This document shows, one piece after another, positions 28,837 to 37,774 of a stretch of 64,000 bases of DNA. The notes beneath the pieces were generated by a model, which had not been told where the DNA came from, did no database searches, and worked only from the letters and a program-made list of their open reading frames with translations. A program made the position numbers and the translations under genes. Position 1 is the first letter of the stretch; the number at the start of each line of letters is the position of its first letter. The DNA lies in assembly GCA_963588595.1 (NCBI GenBank), contig CAVAIA010000054.1, positions 3,067 through 67,066 on the forward strand, given 5' to 3'. The DNA comes from a bacterium (GTDB lineage Bacteria > Actinomycetota > Coriobacteriia > Coriobacteriales > Eggerthellaceae).

Positions 28837-31278
28837 TTAATCTTGTGAATCCGCATTCTTAGTTTTGTTTGCGCAAATCACAGCTTGACCATATGATAGA
28901 CCTCCATCATTTGGTGGCAAGTCTTTGTTTAGAATAACATCAAAACCACTTTCCTGCAAAATTTTTGATGTGTTCTCGATTAAATATCTGTTCATCCAAA
29001 CTCCGCCTGCAAGGCAACACTTTTTGATTGAGTAGACTTGATTTGCAATTTGAGCAATTGTCAAAACGAGGCGTGAGATTGAGTCATGAAAACGCTTCGA
29101 GATGGTTTTTAGCTCGACTTCACGGGCGAAATCTTCAGCGATCGCTTCGAGAATTTTTTTTGCATCGATCACTAACACGGAGGTGTCATGGGCGGTTGAG
29201 TGTTTCGTTGCGCTATTTTTTGTCAAATCAAAAACATACCTTTCATCGTTTTTTTCGCGATCGCCTTGCGAGATGGCTTTTGAAATTGAGGCTTCGAGCA
29301 TAATCGCGCTCTCTCCTTCATATGTTGGATGAGGGCAAATTCCAAGAGTGGCGCTTATTGCATCAAAAAGTCTTCCCATTGATGAAGTGTAGGCAACGTT
29401 GATGCCTGATTCTATTAGCTTTATTGAAGTTTCAATCTCTTTTAAGTCTTGCTCGATTTCTATCGACGTTCTAGCGCTAGATTCTTCGACGATAGTTTTC
29501 AATTCGTCGACCATGTCGTAGGCGTAGAACAATCCAGCTGCACAACGCATAGGATTTTTTATTGCGCTGTCTCCTCCAGGCAAGGGAAAATAAGCGAGGT
29601 TTGCAAATCTTTCATAATCGCTTAAGTTTGAAAGGAGAACTTCTCCTCCCCAAATAGTCGCGTCTGGTCCATATCCTGTTCCGTCGAAGGCGAACCCAAT
29701 GACTGGCTCGTTAATGTTGTTTTCTGCCATAGCGCTAACGATGTGTGCATGGTGATGTTGAACTTCACAAATGTGTTGCTCAAGCTCGCTATTTAAAGCG
29801 TGCTCTCTTGCCCATTTGCTTGCAATATAGTCAGGATGTGAGTCGATTGAAAGTTCATTTTTGTCGTTTGCGTCGAACAATTCCTCGAATCTTTTTTTAG
29901 CTTCATGCCAAGAAGACCAAACATCTGCGTCGTCAACATCTCCTATATGTTGACTTACGAAAGCTTGTTCGCCAATGGCATAGGTAAAAGTGTTCTTTTG
30001 TTGAGAGCCTGTTGCCAAACATTTAAAATCGCTGCTCGTGTTTGGGATTGTGAGTGGGCGCGGAGCATATCCTCTTGCTCTTCTAATGAATTGAATTGCG
30101 CTTTGCTCATCTCCTAAATCTAGAACTCTAACAACGGAATCGTCAAATCGAGTCAATATCTTTCTGTCGTTGCCAAGGATTGCGTCCGCAATTCCTTTAA
30201 ACTTGCTCTTTGCTTCATCGTCGTCGATCACTATTGGGCAATCGTGTAAGTTTCCTGATGTCATAACCAACATGGCTTCTCTGTCAGCTGTTTTTTTCTC
30301 GAACGCTTCGATCAACAATGCTTGAACGGGGGTGTAAGGCAGCATGACACCGAGCTCAGGAAGGTCTAAGCTTAAAAGGTAAGGTAGGTTAAAATTGTTC
30401 TCTTTTTTAAGGAGAACTATAGGCTTTTCGCTGCTTTTTAGAAGCGCCTTTTCTTCGTTTGAAATTTTGCAATATTTTCGAGCAACAACTCCGTTTTTTA
30501 CCATGACTGCAAATGCCTTGTTGTCGCGCTGCTTTTTATCGCGAAGCGATTTTAGTGCATCACTATTTTTTGCATCGCACACAAAGTGAAAACCGCCAAG
30601 ACCTTTAACAGCTAAAACTTTTCCTTCGCTAAGCATCTTTGATGCAATTTTAAAAATTTTGTCGCTCTTCTCTAAAGTGTCTCCCTCGATTTTTTCTTTG
30701 AAGTTGTCTAGGTAGATGTGAGGGCCACATTCAAAGCACGCGTCAGGTTGTGCATGAAAACGGCGGTCTAGCGGGTCTTTATATTCATGGTCGCAAGACT
30801 TACACATGTCAAAACACGCCATTGAAGTGCTCTTTCTGTCATAAGGCAAACTCTCAATGATAGTGAACCTTGGCCCGCAATTTGTGCAATTTATGAAAGG
30901 GTAGTGAAATCTGCGATCATTTTTGTCAAAAAGCTCACTTAAGCATTCATCACAAATTGATATATCTGGGCTAACTAAAGTGATTTCGTTTTCCTTTGAG
31001 CTGTCAGAGGAGATTATTTCGAAGTTGTCGAAATGCTCAAGGGGAACGTCTTTTATTGAAATTTCTTTGACAAAAGCCGCTTGAGGAGCTTCGTTGGAAA
31101 GGGAGAGAATAAAGGCATCAACGTTTTTTTCTTCGCCTTCAGCTTTGACATGCACTCCGTCCGTTGCATTGTTAACCCACCCTGAAATGAGATGTTTTTT
31201 CGCTTGCCGAAAAACGAAAGGACGAAAACCAACGCCTTGAACGATTCCTTGTATGTGAAGCTCTACGCAGGTTAGCAA
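28837..31278 (-). CDS. hypF: Carbamoyltransferase HypF
   Basis: Acylphosphatase domain (IQGIVQGVGFRPFV), two zinc-finger pairs (CDECLSE...CTNCGPRFTI and CKSCDHEY...CFECGP), then YrdC-like and Kae1-like domains. TTG start. Confidence 0.95.
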   Translation of the reverse strand: MLTCVELHIQGIVQGVGFRPFVFRQAKKHLISGWVNNATDGVHVKAEGEEKNVDAFILSLSNEAPQAAFVKEISIKDVPLEHFDNFEIISSDSSKENEITLVSPDISICDECLSELFDKNDRRFHYPFINCTNCGPRFTIIESLPYDRKSTSMACFDMCKSCDHEYKDPLDRRFHAQPDACFECGPHIYLDNFKEKIEGDTLEKSDKIFKIASKMLSEGKVLAVKGLGGFHFVCDAKNSDALKSLRDKKQRDNKAFAVMVKNGVVARKYCKISNEEKALLKSSEKPIVLLKKENNFNLPYLLSLDLPELGVMLPYTPVQALLIEAFEKKTADREAMLVMTSGNLHDCPIVIDDDEAKSKFKGIADAILGNDRKILTRFDDSVVRVLDLGDEQSAIQFIRRARGYAPRPLTIPNTSSDFKCLATGSQQKNTFTYAIGEQAFVSQHIGDVDDADVWSSWHEAKKRFEELFDANDKNELSIDSHPDYIASKWAREHALNSELEQHICEVQHHHAHIVSAMAENNINEPVIGFAFDGTGYGPDATIWGGEVLLSNLSDYERFANLAYFPLPGGDSAIKNPMRCAAGLFYAYDMVDELKTIVEESSARTSIEIEQDLKEIETSIKLIESGINVAYTSSMGRLFDAISATLGICPHPTYEGESAIMLEASISKAISQGDREKNDERYVFDLTKNSATKHSTAHDTSVLVIDAKKILEAIAEDFAREVELKTISKRFHDSISRLVLTIAQIANQVYSIKKCCLAGGVWMNRYLIENTSKILQESGFDVILNKDLPPNDGGLSYGQAVICANKTKNADSQD

Positions 31279-31296
31279 AATTTTGTCGTTAAAAAG

Positions 31297-33021
31297 TTAG
31301 TTTGCATTTTTTAAGCTTCCAACGCCTTTAGCAATCATCTCGTCTATAACATCCCTAACTATGTGGCTAAGGAGCCTTATAGAAACGCCAGCGTTGTTTG
31401 GAAGATGGAGGTGAACAGCGCGTCTTTTGCGTTCATTTAGAATTTTAAAGTCGCCTGTTGCTTGCGCATGCGCCAAAGTTCCAAGGCTTTTCGCTTTCCA
31501 ATCGCCTTCTATCTCGATGTCTTTTGGCTCATTTGCTGAGATAACGAGAAAAACGCCATTATTTGGCCCTCCTTTTTGGAGTTGCCCCGTTGAATGTAAA
31601 AAGCGAGGACCGATTTCGAGACAGCCCATAACGCCGAAAGCGTTTGAGACATTAGCTCTAATTTGATCTAATGCTTCGCGTCTGCCTTCGCCGGTAAATG
31701 GCAAAAAAGCGTTTATCGAGAAGTAGTCGCCTTCTTTTATTGACGAGAAAAGCTCGCGAAGAGTTTCTTTTAAACTATCTTGTTCGTTTAAAACATCGCT
31801 TGTTGTTATAGTTATTTTCTCGTCCCCTGATTGGTCTGGATAGGCAACAACAAGCCCGCCATCCAGGTCATTCGTCTCGAGAACCTTAAGTGTGGCAGCT
31901 TTTGTTGATGCAACATCAGGTTGGTCAAATGGGCAAACTTTCATCAAATAGCCACACATCGCGGTTGCATATTCCCACATGACAAAATGTTTCGCCAACT
32001 CATAAACGTTATTTATCGAATATTTTTTAATCGGAATGTTTTTGTCTATGTATTTCAAAGACATCTCGAATGATGTTTTTTCATCCCATGAATCAGTTTC
32101 TGTCTCATACATGATCGCGCTTCTGTCGCCCGAGTCTTCGGAGAGCAAAAGAGAGTCGATTTCGATGTTAGGAGTGATGCCACATCCGTTTTTTCCTAGC
32201 GATTCTGCGATTAGTTGTTCTATCCAAAGACCGAGGACTCTTCCTCTTTTAGGAGAAAGGAATGAAAACTTGTTTCTATTTTGAGTGTAGTTTTCAAACA
32301 AAAACTCCGCAAGTCCAATAGCAGGATTTTCTTCGTTGTCTTGCTTGCATTCGTTTTCCGCAAGAAAGGCAAATTCTAGGAACTTGTCGATGTCTATCCC
32401 TGTTAGGGCGGCAGGAACAAGCCCGAAAACTGAAAGAGCAGAATATCTTCCTCCAACGCTCGGCTTTCCGTTGAAAACTTTTCTCCACCCCTCTTTTTGT
32501 GCCATTTCTTCTAGCGAAGATCCAGGGTCAGTTATCGCGACCAAATGGTCGGGAAGTTCATCTTTAAGGATAGGAGAGAAAGCTTGTTTGATTGCTAAAA
32601 GAAGAGAATTTGGCTCGATCGTTCCTCCGCTTTTCGAGCTTACTATAACCAGCGTCTCAAAAGGATTAGCGTCTTCAAAAAATTCTCGAAGCCTAACAGG
32701 AGAAACGGAGTCGATAATTCTAAATTCAACGTTTGATCTGTCTTGTTTGTTATATTTCGTAATCGTCATAGGGGCTTGCGTTGAGCCACCTTGGCCGAGC
32801 AAGACAACGTTGTTTAAGCCATCTGCCGCAACTTGTTTTGCGAAGGCTTTGATAGAACCTGCAGAAACAGGTGGGTTTGAGGCTAGGTCAGTCCATCCCA
32901 TAAAGTTTTCCGCGCATTGCTTCGCTGACGAGTCAAAGTCGTATAAAGATGCATCACATGCATGAATCCTGGATGCAACCTTGTTGTCGATTAAGGTTTT
33001 AATTGCTGTGTTGTTTCCCAC
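31297..33021 (-). CDS. pgi: Glucose-6-phosphate isomerase (long actinobacterial-like form)
   Basis: PGI signature-like VGGRYSALSVFGLVPA and CPFDQPDVASTK. GTG start. Confidence 0.75.
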   Translation of the reverse strand: MGNNTAIKTLIDNKVASRIHACDASLYDFDSSAKQCAENFMGWTDLASNPPVSAGSIKAFAKQVAADGLNNVVLLGQGGSTQAPMTITKYNKQDRSNVEFRIIDSVSPVRLREFFEDANPFETLVIVSSKSGGTIEPNSLLLAIKQAFSPILKDELPDHLVAITDPGSSLEEMAQKEGWRKVFNGKPSVGGRYSALSVFGLVPAALTGIDIDKFLEFAFLAENECKQDNEENPAIGLAEFLFENYTQNRNKFSFLSPKRGRVLGLWIEQLIAESLGKNGCGITPNIEIDSLLLSEDSGDRSAIMYETETDSWDEKTSFEMSLKYIDKNIPIKKYSINNVYELAKHFVMWEYATAMCGYLMKVCPFDQPDVASTKAATLKVLETNDLDGGLVVAYPDQSGDEKITITTSDVLNEQDSLKETLRELFSSIKEGDYFSINAFLPFTGEGRREALDQIRANVSNAFGVMGCLEIGPRFLHSTGQLQKGGPNNGVFLVISANEPKDIEIEGDWKAKSLGTLAHAQATGDFKILNERKRRAVHLHLPNNAGVSIRLLSHIVRDVIDEMIAKGVGSLKNAN

Positions 33022-33087
33022 AAGTGCTCCTTCTTTTAACTTCTCTTAGGTTTTTGATTATATCAAATGAGATAAATCAAATTTTTT

Positions 33088-34017
33088 TTATGCAGGCAGA
33101 CCCTCTTCAAAATTGGGAATGAATGACTCTTTTGCTGTGTCGCCAACTTGATAAAAAGAGTTGGTAAGACCAAGGCTTAGGGCATAATCAATAAGTTTGT
33201 TATAGTCGTCTTCTTTTACTTTTTGCCCAAGCTCTGGGAACTTTTCGCTTGCTCGTTTAAATGGGGTGTATTGGTTCATAAGACTTACGCAAATTTTGTC
33301 GGAGTAAGGCTTGTTAGCTAAAAGGCGCATAACTGCTTTTGAGTCTTCCAAAGAGCCTGGGAGCATTAGGTGCCTGACAACGATTCCTTTTTTCAAAAGT
33401 CCCGTCTTTAGATCTTCTTTATATTCTCCAACTTGTGAAAACATTTCGTCTAGAGCAACGCTTGCGACTTTAGGATAGTTCGGTGCGCTGGAATATTTAA
33501 TTGCCAATTCGTTTGACGCATATTTAAAGTCCGTTAGATAGATGTCAATCTTTTCTTTAAAGAAAGAAAGCGACTCACGGCTTTCATATCCCGACGTGTT
33601 TGAGATTATAGGAAGCGTTAAACCGTTTCCCCTTGCGATGTCGATAGCATCTGCGATTTGCGGAGTGAAGTGCGTTGGAGTGACTAAGTTTATGTTGTGA
33701 GCGCCTTTGTCTTGAAGGTAGCAAAAAATTTTTGCGAGGCGCGAAATTGAGACTTCTTCTCCGAGTTCTCCATGTGAAATTGCGTTGTTTTGGCAATAAA
33801 TGCATTTTAGAGAACATCCGCAAAAGAAAACTGTTCCACTTCCATTTTCGCCGCTTATAGGCGGTTCTTCCCACATATGAAGTGATGCCCTTGCAACTTT
33901 TAAACAACTCGTTTGCCCACAAAACGCTCTTTTGCTCTTTACCTCTCGAGCTTCTGCGCATCGGTTTGCCCCACACTTTCTTGGGCAAAGAGTGCAATTT
34001 GTAAAGTCGTAATTCAT
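33088..34017 (-). CDS. Radical SAM protein, PflX-like (pyruvate formate-lyase activase homologue)
   Basis: CPRKCGANR N-terminal Cys motif plus the radical SAM motif CSLKCIYCQN. Confidence 0.8.
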   Translation of the reverse strand: MNYDFTNCTLCPRKCGANRCAEAREVKSKRAFCGQTSCLKVARASLHMWEEPPISGENGSGTVFFCGCSLKCIYCQNNAISHGELGEEVSISRLAKIFCYLQDKGAHNINLVTPTHFTPQIADAIDIARGNGLTLPIISNTSGYESRESLSFFKEKIDIYLTDFKYASNELAIKYSSAPNYPKVASVALDEMFSQVGEYKEDLKTGLLKKGIVVRHLMLPGSLEDSKAVMRLLANKPYSDKICVSLMNQYTPFKRASEKFPELGQKVKEDDYNKLIDYALSLGLTNSFYQVGDTAKESFIPNFEEGLPA

Positions 34018-34070
34018 TGATTTAATAATAATCCAGTAATAAGAAAAGTATTGACGTATTTAAATGTATT

Positions 34071-34099
34071 GTCTTACGTTGATGTATAATCGTCTTACG
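34071..34099 (+). promoter_or_regulatory. Promoter/operator of the RelB-YafQ module: direct repeat GTCTTACG (34071..34078 and 34092..34099) bracketing a TATAAT -10 box (34085..34090)
   Basis: Read directly. SD aaggagag and ATG 34120 follow. Confidence 0.5.
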
Positions 34100-34119
34100 G
34101 TCAAATTTAAGGAGAGAAT

Positions 34120-34401
34120 ATGGCAATGTCATCTGTGACAGTTCGAGTGGATGAAAGAGATAAACGAGAGGCGGGAGCAATTGCTGCCTACTATGGTCTT
34201 GATCTGTCAAGTGCGACGCGCGCTTTTTATAAACAAATCATTAGAGAGCGTTGCATACCTATCGATTTTGGGTACCATTGTCCAACTGATGAATCATTGA
34301 AATCAATTCAAGAGGCAGAAGAAATTCTGAAGGCTGGTGGGACTGGTAAATCGTTTTCTTCTGGAAAAGAATTAGTTGATTCAATTTTAGGCAATAAATG
34401 A
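34120..34401 (+). CDS. Type II antitoxin, RelB/DinJ family
   Basis: VTVRVDERDKREAGAIAAYYGLDLSSATRAFYKQII resembles the DinJ N-terminal RHH. Overlaps the downstream toxin by 4 nt. Confidence 0.85.
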   Translation: MAMSSVTVRVDERDKREAGAIAAYYGLDLSSATRAFYKQIIRERCIPIDFGYHCPTDESLKSIQEAEEILKAGGTGKSFSSGKELVDSILGNK

Positions 34402-34703
34402 ACCAGTTGCTTGCACAATATTCTCCAACCTTTGAGCGCGACTTAAAGCGTCTTGCAAAAAAACACTATGATGTTGAAAGGATCGCGGAAGTGGTTGATC
34501 TCATACTTGAAAATTCTGAAGAGTCTAAGGCAATGTTACGACAGCACCACAACATGCATACCTTGAGGGGTGTTTGGCAAGGCTCCAAGGAGTGTCACGT
34601 TTGTAATGCTGGGGATTGGTTGTTGATTTGGAGAGTCAGTGATAAAATTGCCCTTATGCAGCGCACAGGCACACATGATGAATTGTTCAAGAAGGGTAAA
34701 TAA
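34398..34703 (+). CDS. Type II toxin, YafQ family mRNA interferase
   Basis: YSPTFERDLKRLAKKH...HTLRGVWQGSKECHV..DWLLIWRV......QRTGTHDELF parallels E. coli YafQ. Confidence 0.85.
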   Translation: MNQLLAQYSPTFERDLKRLAKKHYDVERIAEVVDLILENSEESKAMLRQHHNMHTLRGVWQGSKECHVCNAGDWLLIWRVSDKIALMQRTGTHDELFKKGK

Positions 34704-34750
34704 AATTTAGAACAAGATTATAAGTGAAGAGCTAAAAAGGGCGGTTTTTT

Positions 34751-35923
34751 ATGTTAGATTTCGAATTTGTTAGTCCAACGCATTTTGTTTTCGGTAAAGG
34801 AGTTGAAAACAAGGTTGGCGAGAAGTTGAAGGCGGCTGGAGCAAAGAAGGTTCTCGTTCATTTTGGCGGCGGATCTGCGCGCAAGTCTGGTCTGTTGGAC
34901 AGAGTTGAGAAATCGCTTGAGCGAGCTGGATTGGACTTTATTGAGCTTGGCGGCGTTAGACCTAATCCTGAGATCACTCTCGTTCGTGAAGGGCAAAAGA
35001 TTTGTAAGGAAAATGGGATCGATTGGATTTTGCCTATAGGCGGAGGCTCGGTTATCGATTCAGCTAAAGGTATAGCGATTAGTGCTAATTATGACGGAGA
35101 CCCTTGGGATTTTTATGCACATAAAACTCCGGTAACAGAGGCTTTGCCAATTGCAGTTGTTTTGACAATTCCAGCGGCAGGAAGCGAAGGCTCTAAAAAT
35201 AGCGTTGTTTCTAACGATGAATTGCAAATGAAAAGCGGGTGTGGAAACGATCTTGAGCGGCCAAAGTTTGCATTTATGAATCCTGAAGTAACGATGAGCT
35301 TGCCAAAGTGGCAAACGGCGGCCGGTTGCACGGACATGTTCGCTCACCTTCTTGAGAGGTTCTTTGACAATCAAGGGACTGTAACGGTAACGGACAATTT
35401 AAACATTTCTTTAATGAAAACTGTTCGAACTGAGGCGCTAAGGGTTATGAATTCCCCTGATGATTATGATGCTAGAGCAAATATTATGTGGGCAGGAATG
35501 CTTTGCCATCAAGGACTTGCGGGCGTTGGACGCGAGGAGGATTGGGCAACTCATGGTCTTGAGCATGAGCTAAGTGCGCTTAAAACAGAGGTTACTCACG
35601 GCGCAGGCCTTGCAGTTATGTTCCCAGCTTGGATGACTTATGTGTTCAAAGAAAACGTTGATCGTTTTTGCAAATATGGCTATGAAGTTTTTGGAATAAG
35701 TCCAAGCGGGTGCAAAGAGGCAGATGTTAAGGCGGCAATTTTGGCAACAAGACAATTTTTCTCCTCGCTCGGGATGCCAAAGAACTTAGGAGATCTTGGA
35801 TTTGTTGAGGATGACATAGAGAAAATGATTCCAACCCTTGAGAAAAATAAGGGAAAAGAATTTGGGTCATTCAAAAAATTGAACATGGATGATGCGAGGG
35901 AGATTTATCGCTTGGCGCTTTAA
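34751..35923 (+). CDS. Iron-containing (group III) alcohol dehydrogenase, butanol dehydrogenase/YqhD-like
   Basis: GGGSVIDSAKGIA, PAAGSEGS, HGLEHELSA....THGAGLAV metal-binding histidines. Confidence 0.85.
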   Translation: MLDFEFVSPTHFVFGKGVENKVGEKLKAAGAKKVLVHFGGGSARKSGLLDRVEKSLERAGLDFIELGGVRPNPEITLVREGQKICKENGIDWILPIGGGSVIDSAKGIAISANYDGDPWDFYAHKTPVTEALPIAVVLTIPAAGSEGSKNSVVSNDELQMKSGCGNDLERPKFAFMNPEVTMSLPKWQTAAGCTDMFAHLLERFFDNQGTVTVTDNLNISLMKTVRTEALRVMNSPDDYDARANIMWAGMLCHQGLAGVGREEDWATHGLEHELSALKTEVTHGAGLAVMFPAWMTYVFKENVDRFCKYGYEVFGISPSGCKEADVKAAILATRQFFSSLGMPKNLGDLGFVEDDIEKMIPTLEKNKGKEFGSFKKLNMDDAREIYRLAL

Positions 35924-35932
35924 AAAATCGAA

Positions 35933-35962
35933 TTGACAAAGTTGTTTTTTATTTGATATAAT
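35933..35962 (+). promoter_or_regulatory. Near-consensus sigma-70-type promoter for the rimP-nusA-infB operon (TTGACA, 18-nt spacer, extended -10 TGaTATAAT)
   Basis: TTGACA at 35933..35938. TG at 35954..35955. TATAAT at 35957..35962. Confidence 0.7.
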
Positions 35963-35996
35963 AAGCGCGTCAAAAGACATAGTTTGTTTTATTTAA

Positions 35997-36022
35997 GAAG
36001 CAGGCGAATGCCCGCTTTTTTT
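35997..36022 (+). terminator. Weak intrinsic terminator/attenuator in the rimP-nusA leader (may also end adh transcripts)
   Basis: Stem gcaggc/gcccgc (one A-C mismatch), loop gaat, flanking A/T pairs, then a run of 7 T (36016..36022). The rimP SD GGAG is at 36031. Confidence 0.55.
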
Positions 36023-36037
36023 ATTATCTAGGAGAAG

Positions 36038-36496
36038 ATGTTAAGCGCAATAGAAAATAGAATTTTAACTGTCCTTGAAAAGGAAGCGAGCGATCACGAT
36101 TGCGAGATTGTGACGCTTAGTGTTGTTGGACCTTCTAAAACGCCGATCCTTAGGGTTTATGTTGACACTGAAAAAGGTGTTGGGTTTGAGGACTTAACTA
36201 AAGCGCAATCGTGGATAAGCCCCCTTGTCGAAGAGATGGATCCATTTGTTGGCGCCTACACGCTTGAAGTGAGCTCTCCTGGAGTTGACAGACCGCTTAG
36301 GACTTTGGAGCATTTTGAGCGATTTAAAGGCAAGAAAGTTCACATAAGAGTCCAACATGCAATCGATGACAGAAAGAATTTCAATGGAGTTTTGCTTGGC
36401 GTTGACCAAAATAATGTGATGATCGACGTTGACGGCGAGAAATTTTCAATAGATTTAGAAAACATCAAACGTGCAAATTTAGTTTGCGAGTTTTAA
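36038..36496 (+). CDS. rimP: Ribosome maturation factor RimP
   Basis: Pattern LRVYVD...G....DL......IS..........Y.LEVSSPGVDRPL. Position upstream of nusA. Confidence 0.9.
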   Translation: MLSAIENRILTVLEKEASDHDCEIVTLSVVGPSKTPILRVYVDTEKGVGFEDLTKAQSWISPLVEEMDPFVGAYTLEVSSPGVDRPLRTLEHFERFKGKKVHIRVQHAIDDRKNFNGVLLGVDQNNVMIDVDGEKFSIDLENIKRANLVCEF

Positions 36497-36514
36497 GAGA
36501 GAAAGGTGAGTTAG

Positions 36515-37726
36515 ATGGCAAGTTCGAAAACAAATTTAGTTGAAGCTTTGCAAGCTTTGGCGCATGAGCGCAAGATTAACGAGCTCTTCATTATTGAAAA
36601 GCTTGAGGAGTCGCTTGCAAAAAGCTATGAAAAGATTTTAGGCCTTGAAAACCAAGCGAGAGTAACAATCGATCGCAAGAGCGGAAAAATTTACGTTTAC
36701 GAGCTTGTTCCTGTTGGAGATTTCGACGAAGAAACAGGGGAATATGAGGACTACGAAGAAGTTGACATCACCCCTAACGACGTAAGCAGAATTGCAGCGC
36801 AAAATGCAAAAACTGTCATTGCGAGCATCGTTCGTGATGCGACGAGGCAAGAGATCTACAAAGAATTTTCAGAGCGTGTTGGAGATTTGATCAATGGAAC
36901 TGTTCTTCAAGAAACTAAAGACTTCACCATTATCAAAATTCGCGATGGTGTTGAAGCCGAACTTCCTCATTTTGATTTGAGAAGAAATCCAGACGAGCTA
37001 AATGAGCGTCCGGAAAATGAGAGATACCATCACAATCAACGGCTAAAGCTCTTTATTTTGAAGGTTAGAAATCCAAATGGGGATGAACAACATTTCAAGG
37101 GGGAGCAATCTAGACCAACGATCGTTGTTTCAAGAACTCACCCAGATCTTTTAAGGAGACTTTTTGAGATGGAAGTGCCAGAGGTTTACGATGGCACGGT
37201 TGAGATTAGGTCGATTGCAAGGGAAGCAGGAGACAGATCGAAGATATCAGTTTCTTCAAAAGAGCCGAACCTCGATCCTGTTGGCGCGTGCGTTGGTCCT
37301 AAGGGTTCCCGCGTGAGGATGGTTGTTGAAGAGCTTAAAAACGAAAGGGTCGACATCGTTTCTTATGACGAGAATCCTGAAATCTACATTGCAAATGCTC
37401 TGTCTCCTGCAAAAGTAAACTCAGTTAAGATTGACGACGAAACGCATTTTGCAAGCGTGACAGTTGCAGACGATCAACTTTCTTTGGCTATCGGCAAAGA
37501 GGGGCAAAATGTCAGGTTGGCGGCAATGTTGACCGGATGGCACATAGACATCAAGAGCGCAAGCTTTAGCGGGGAGCCAATTGGAAGCGAGAGCGACTCT
37601 TTAATCGAAGAAGAAGAGGAAGTTGAATTGTGCGCTTATGTTAATGATGATGGAATTCGTTGCAGAAATCATCCAAGACCAGGTTCGAAATATTGCGGAG
37701 TGCATTCTCACCTTGAGGAAGCATAA
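36515..37726 (+). CDS. nusA: Transcription termination/antitermination factor NusA with an acidic + Cys/His C-terminal tail
   Basis: NTD, S1 (GDLINGTVLQ), KH1/KH2 (PVGACVGPKGSRV, LAIGKEGQNVRLA). Tail: EEEEEVELCAYVNDDGIRCRNHPRPGSKYCGVHSH. Confidence 0.95.
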   Translation: MASSKTNLVEALQALAHERKINELFIIEKLEESLAKSYEKILGLENQARVTIDRKSGKIYVYELVPVGDFDEETGEYEDYEEVDITPNDVSRIAAQNAKTVIASIVRDATRQEIYKEFSERVGDLINGTVLQETKDFTIIKIRDGVEAELPHFDLRRNPDELNERPENERYHHNQRLKLFILKVRNPNGDEQHFKGEQSRPTIVVSRTHPDLLRRLFEMEVPEVYDGTVEIRSIAREAGDRSKISVSSKEPNLDPVGACVGPKGSRVRMVVEELKNERVDIVSYDENPEIYIANALSPAKVNSVKIDDETHFASVTVADDQLSLAIGKEGQNVRLAAMLTGWHIDIKSASFSGEPIGSESDSLIEEEEEVELCAYVNDDGIRCRNHPRPGSKYCGVHSHLEEA

Positions 37727-37774
37727 AAGTCGGTCAATGCAATTTCGGATCTATGGAAGAGAGGTGATAGGTAA

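Noticed and set aside
26950-34119. Strand switch (long minus-strand block 10.7-33 kb versus plus-strand block 34-63 kb) as a possible replication origin
   Set aside because: There is no dnaA or dnaN. I saw no cluster of TTATCCACA-like boxes in the intergenic regions 26950..27182, 33022..33087 or 34018..34119. The first 10 kb is again mostly plus-strand.
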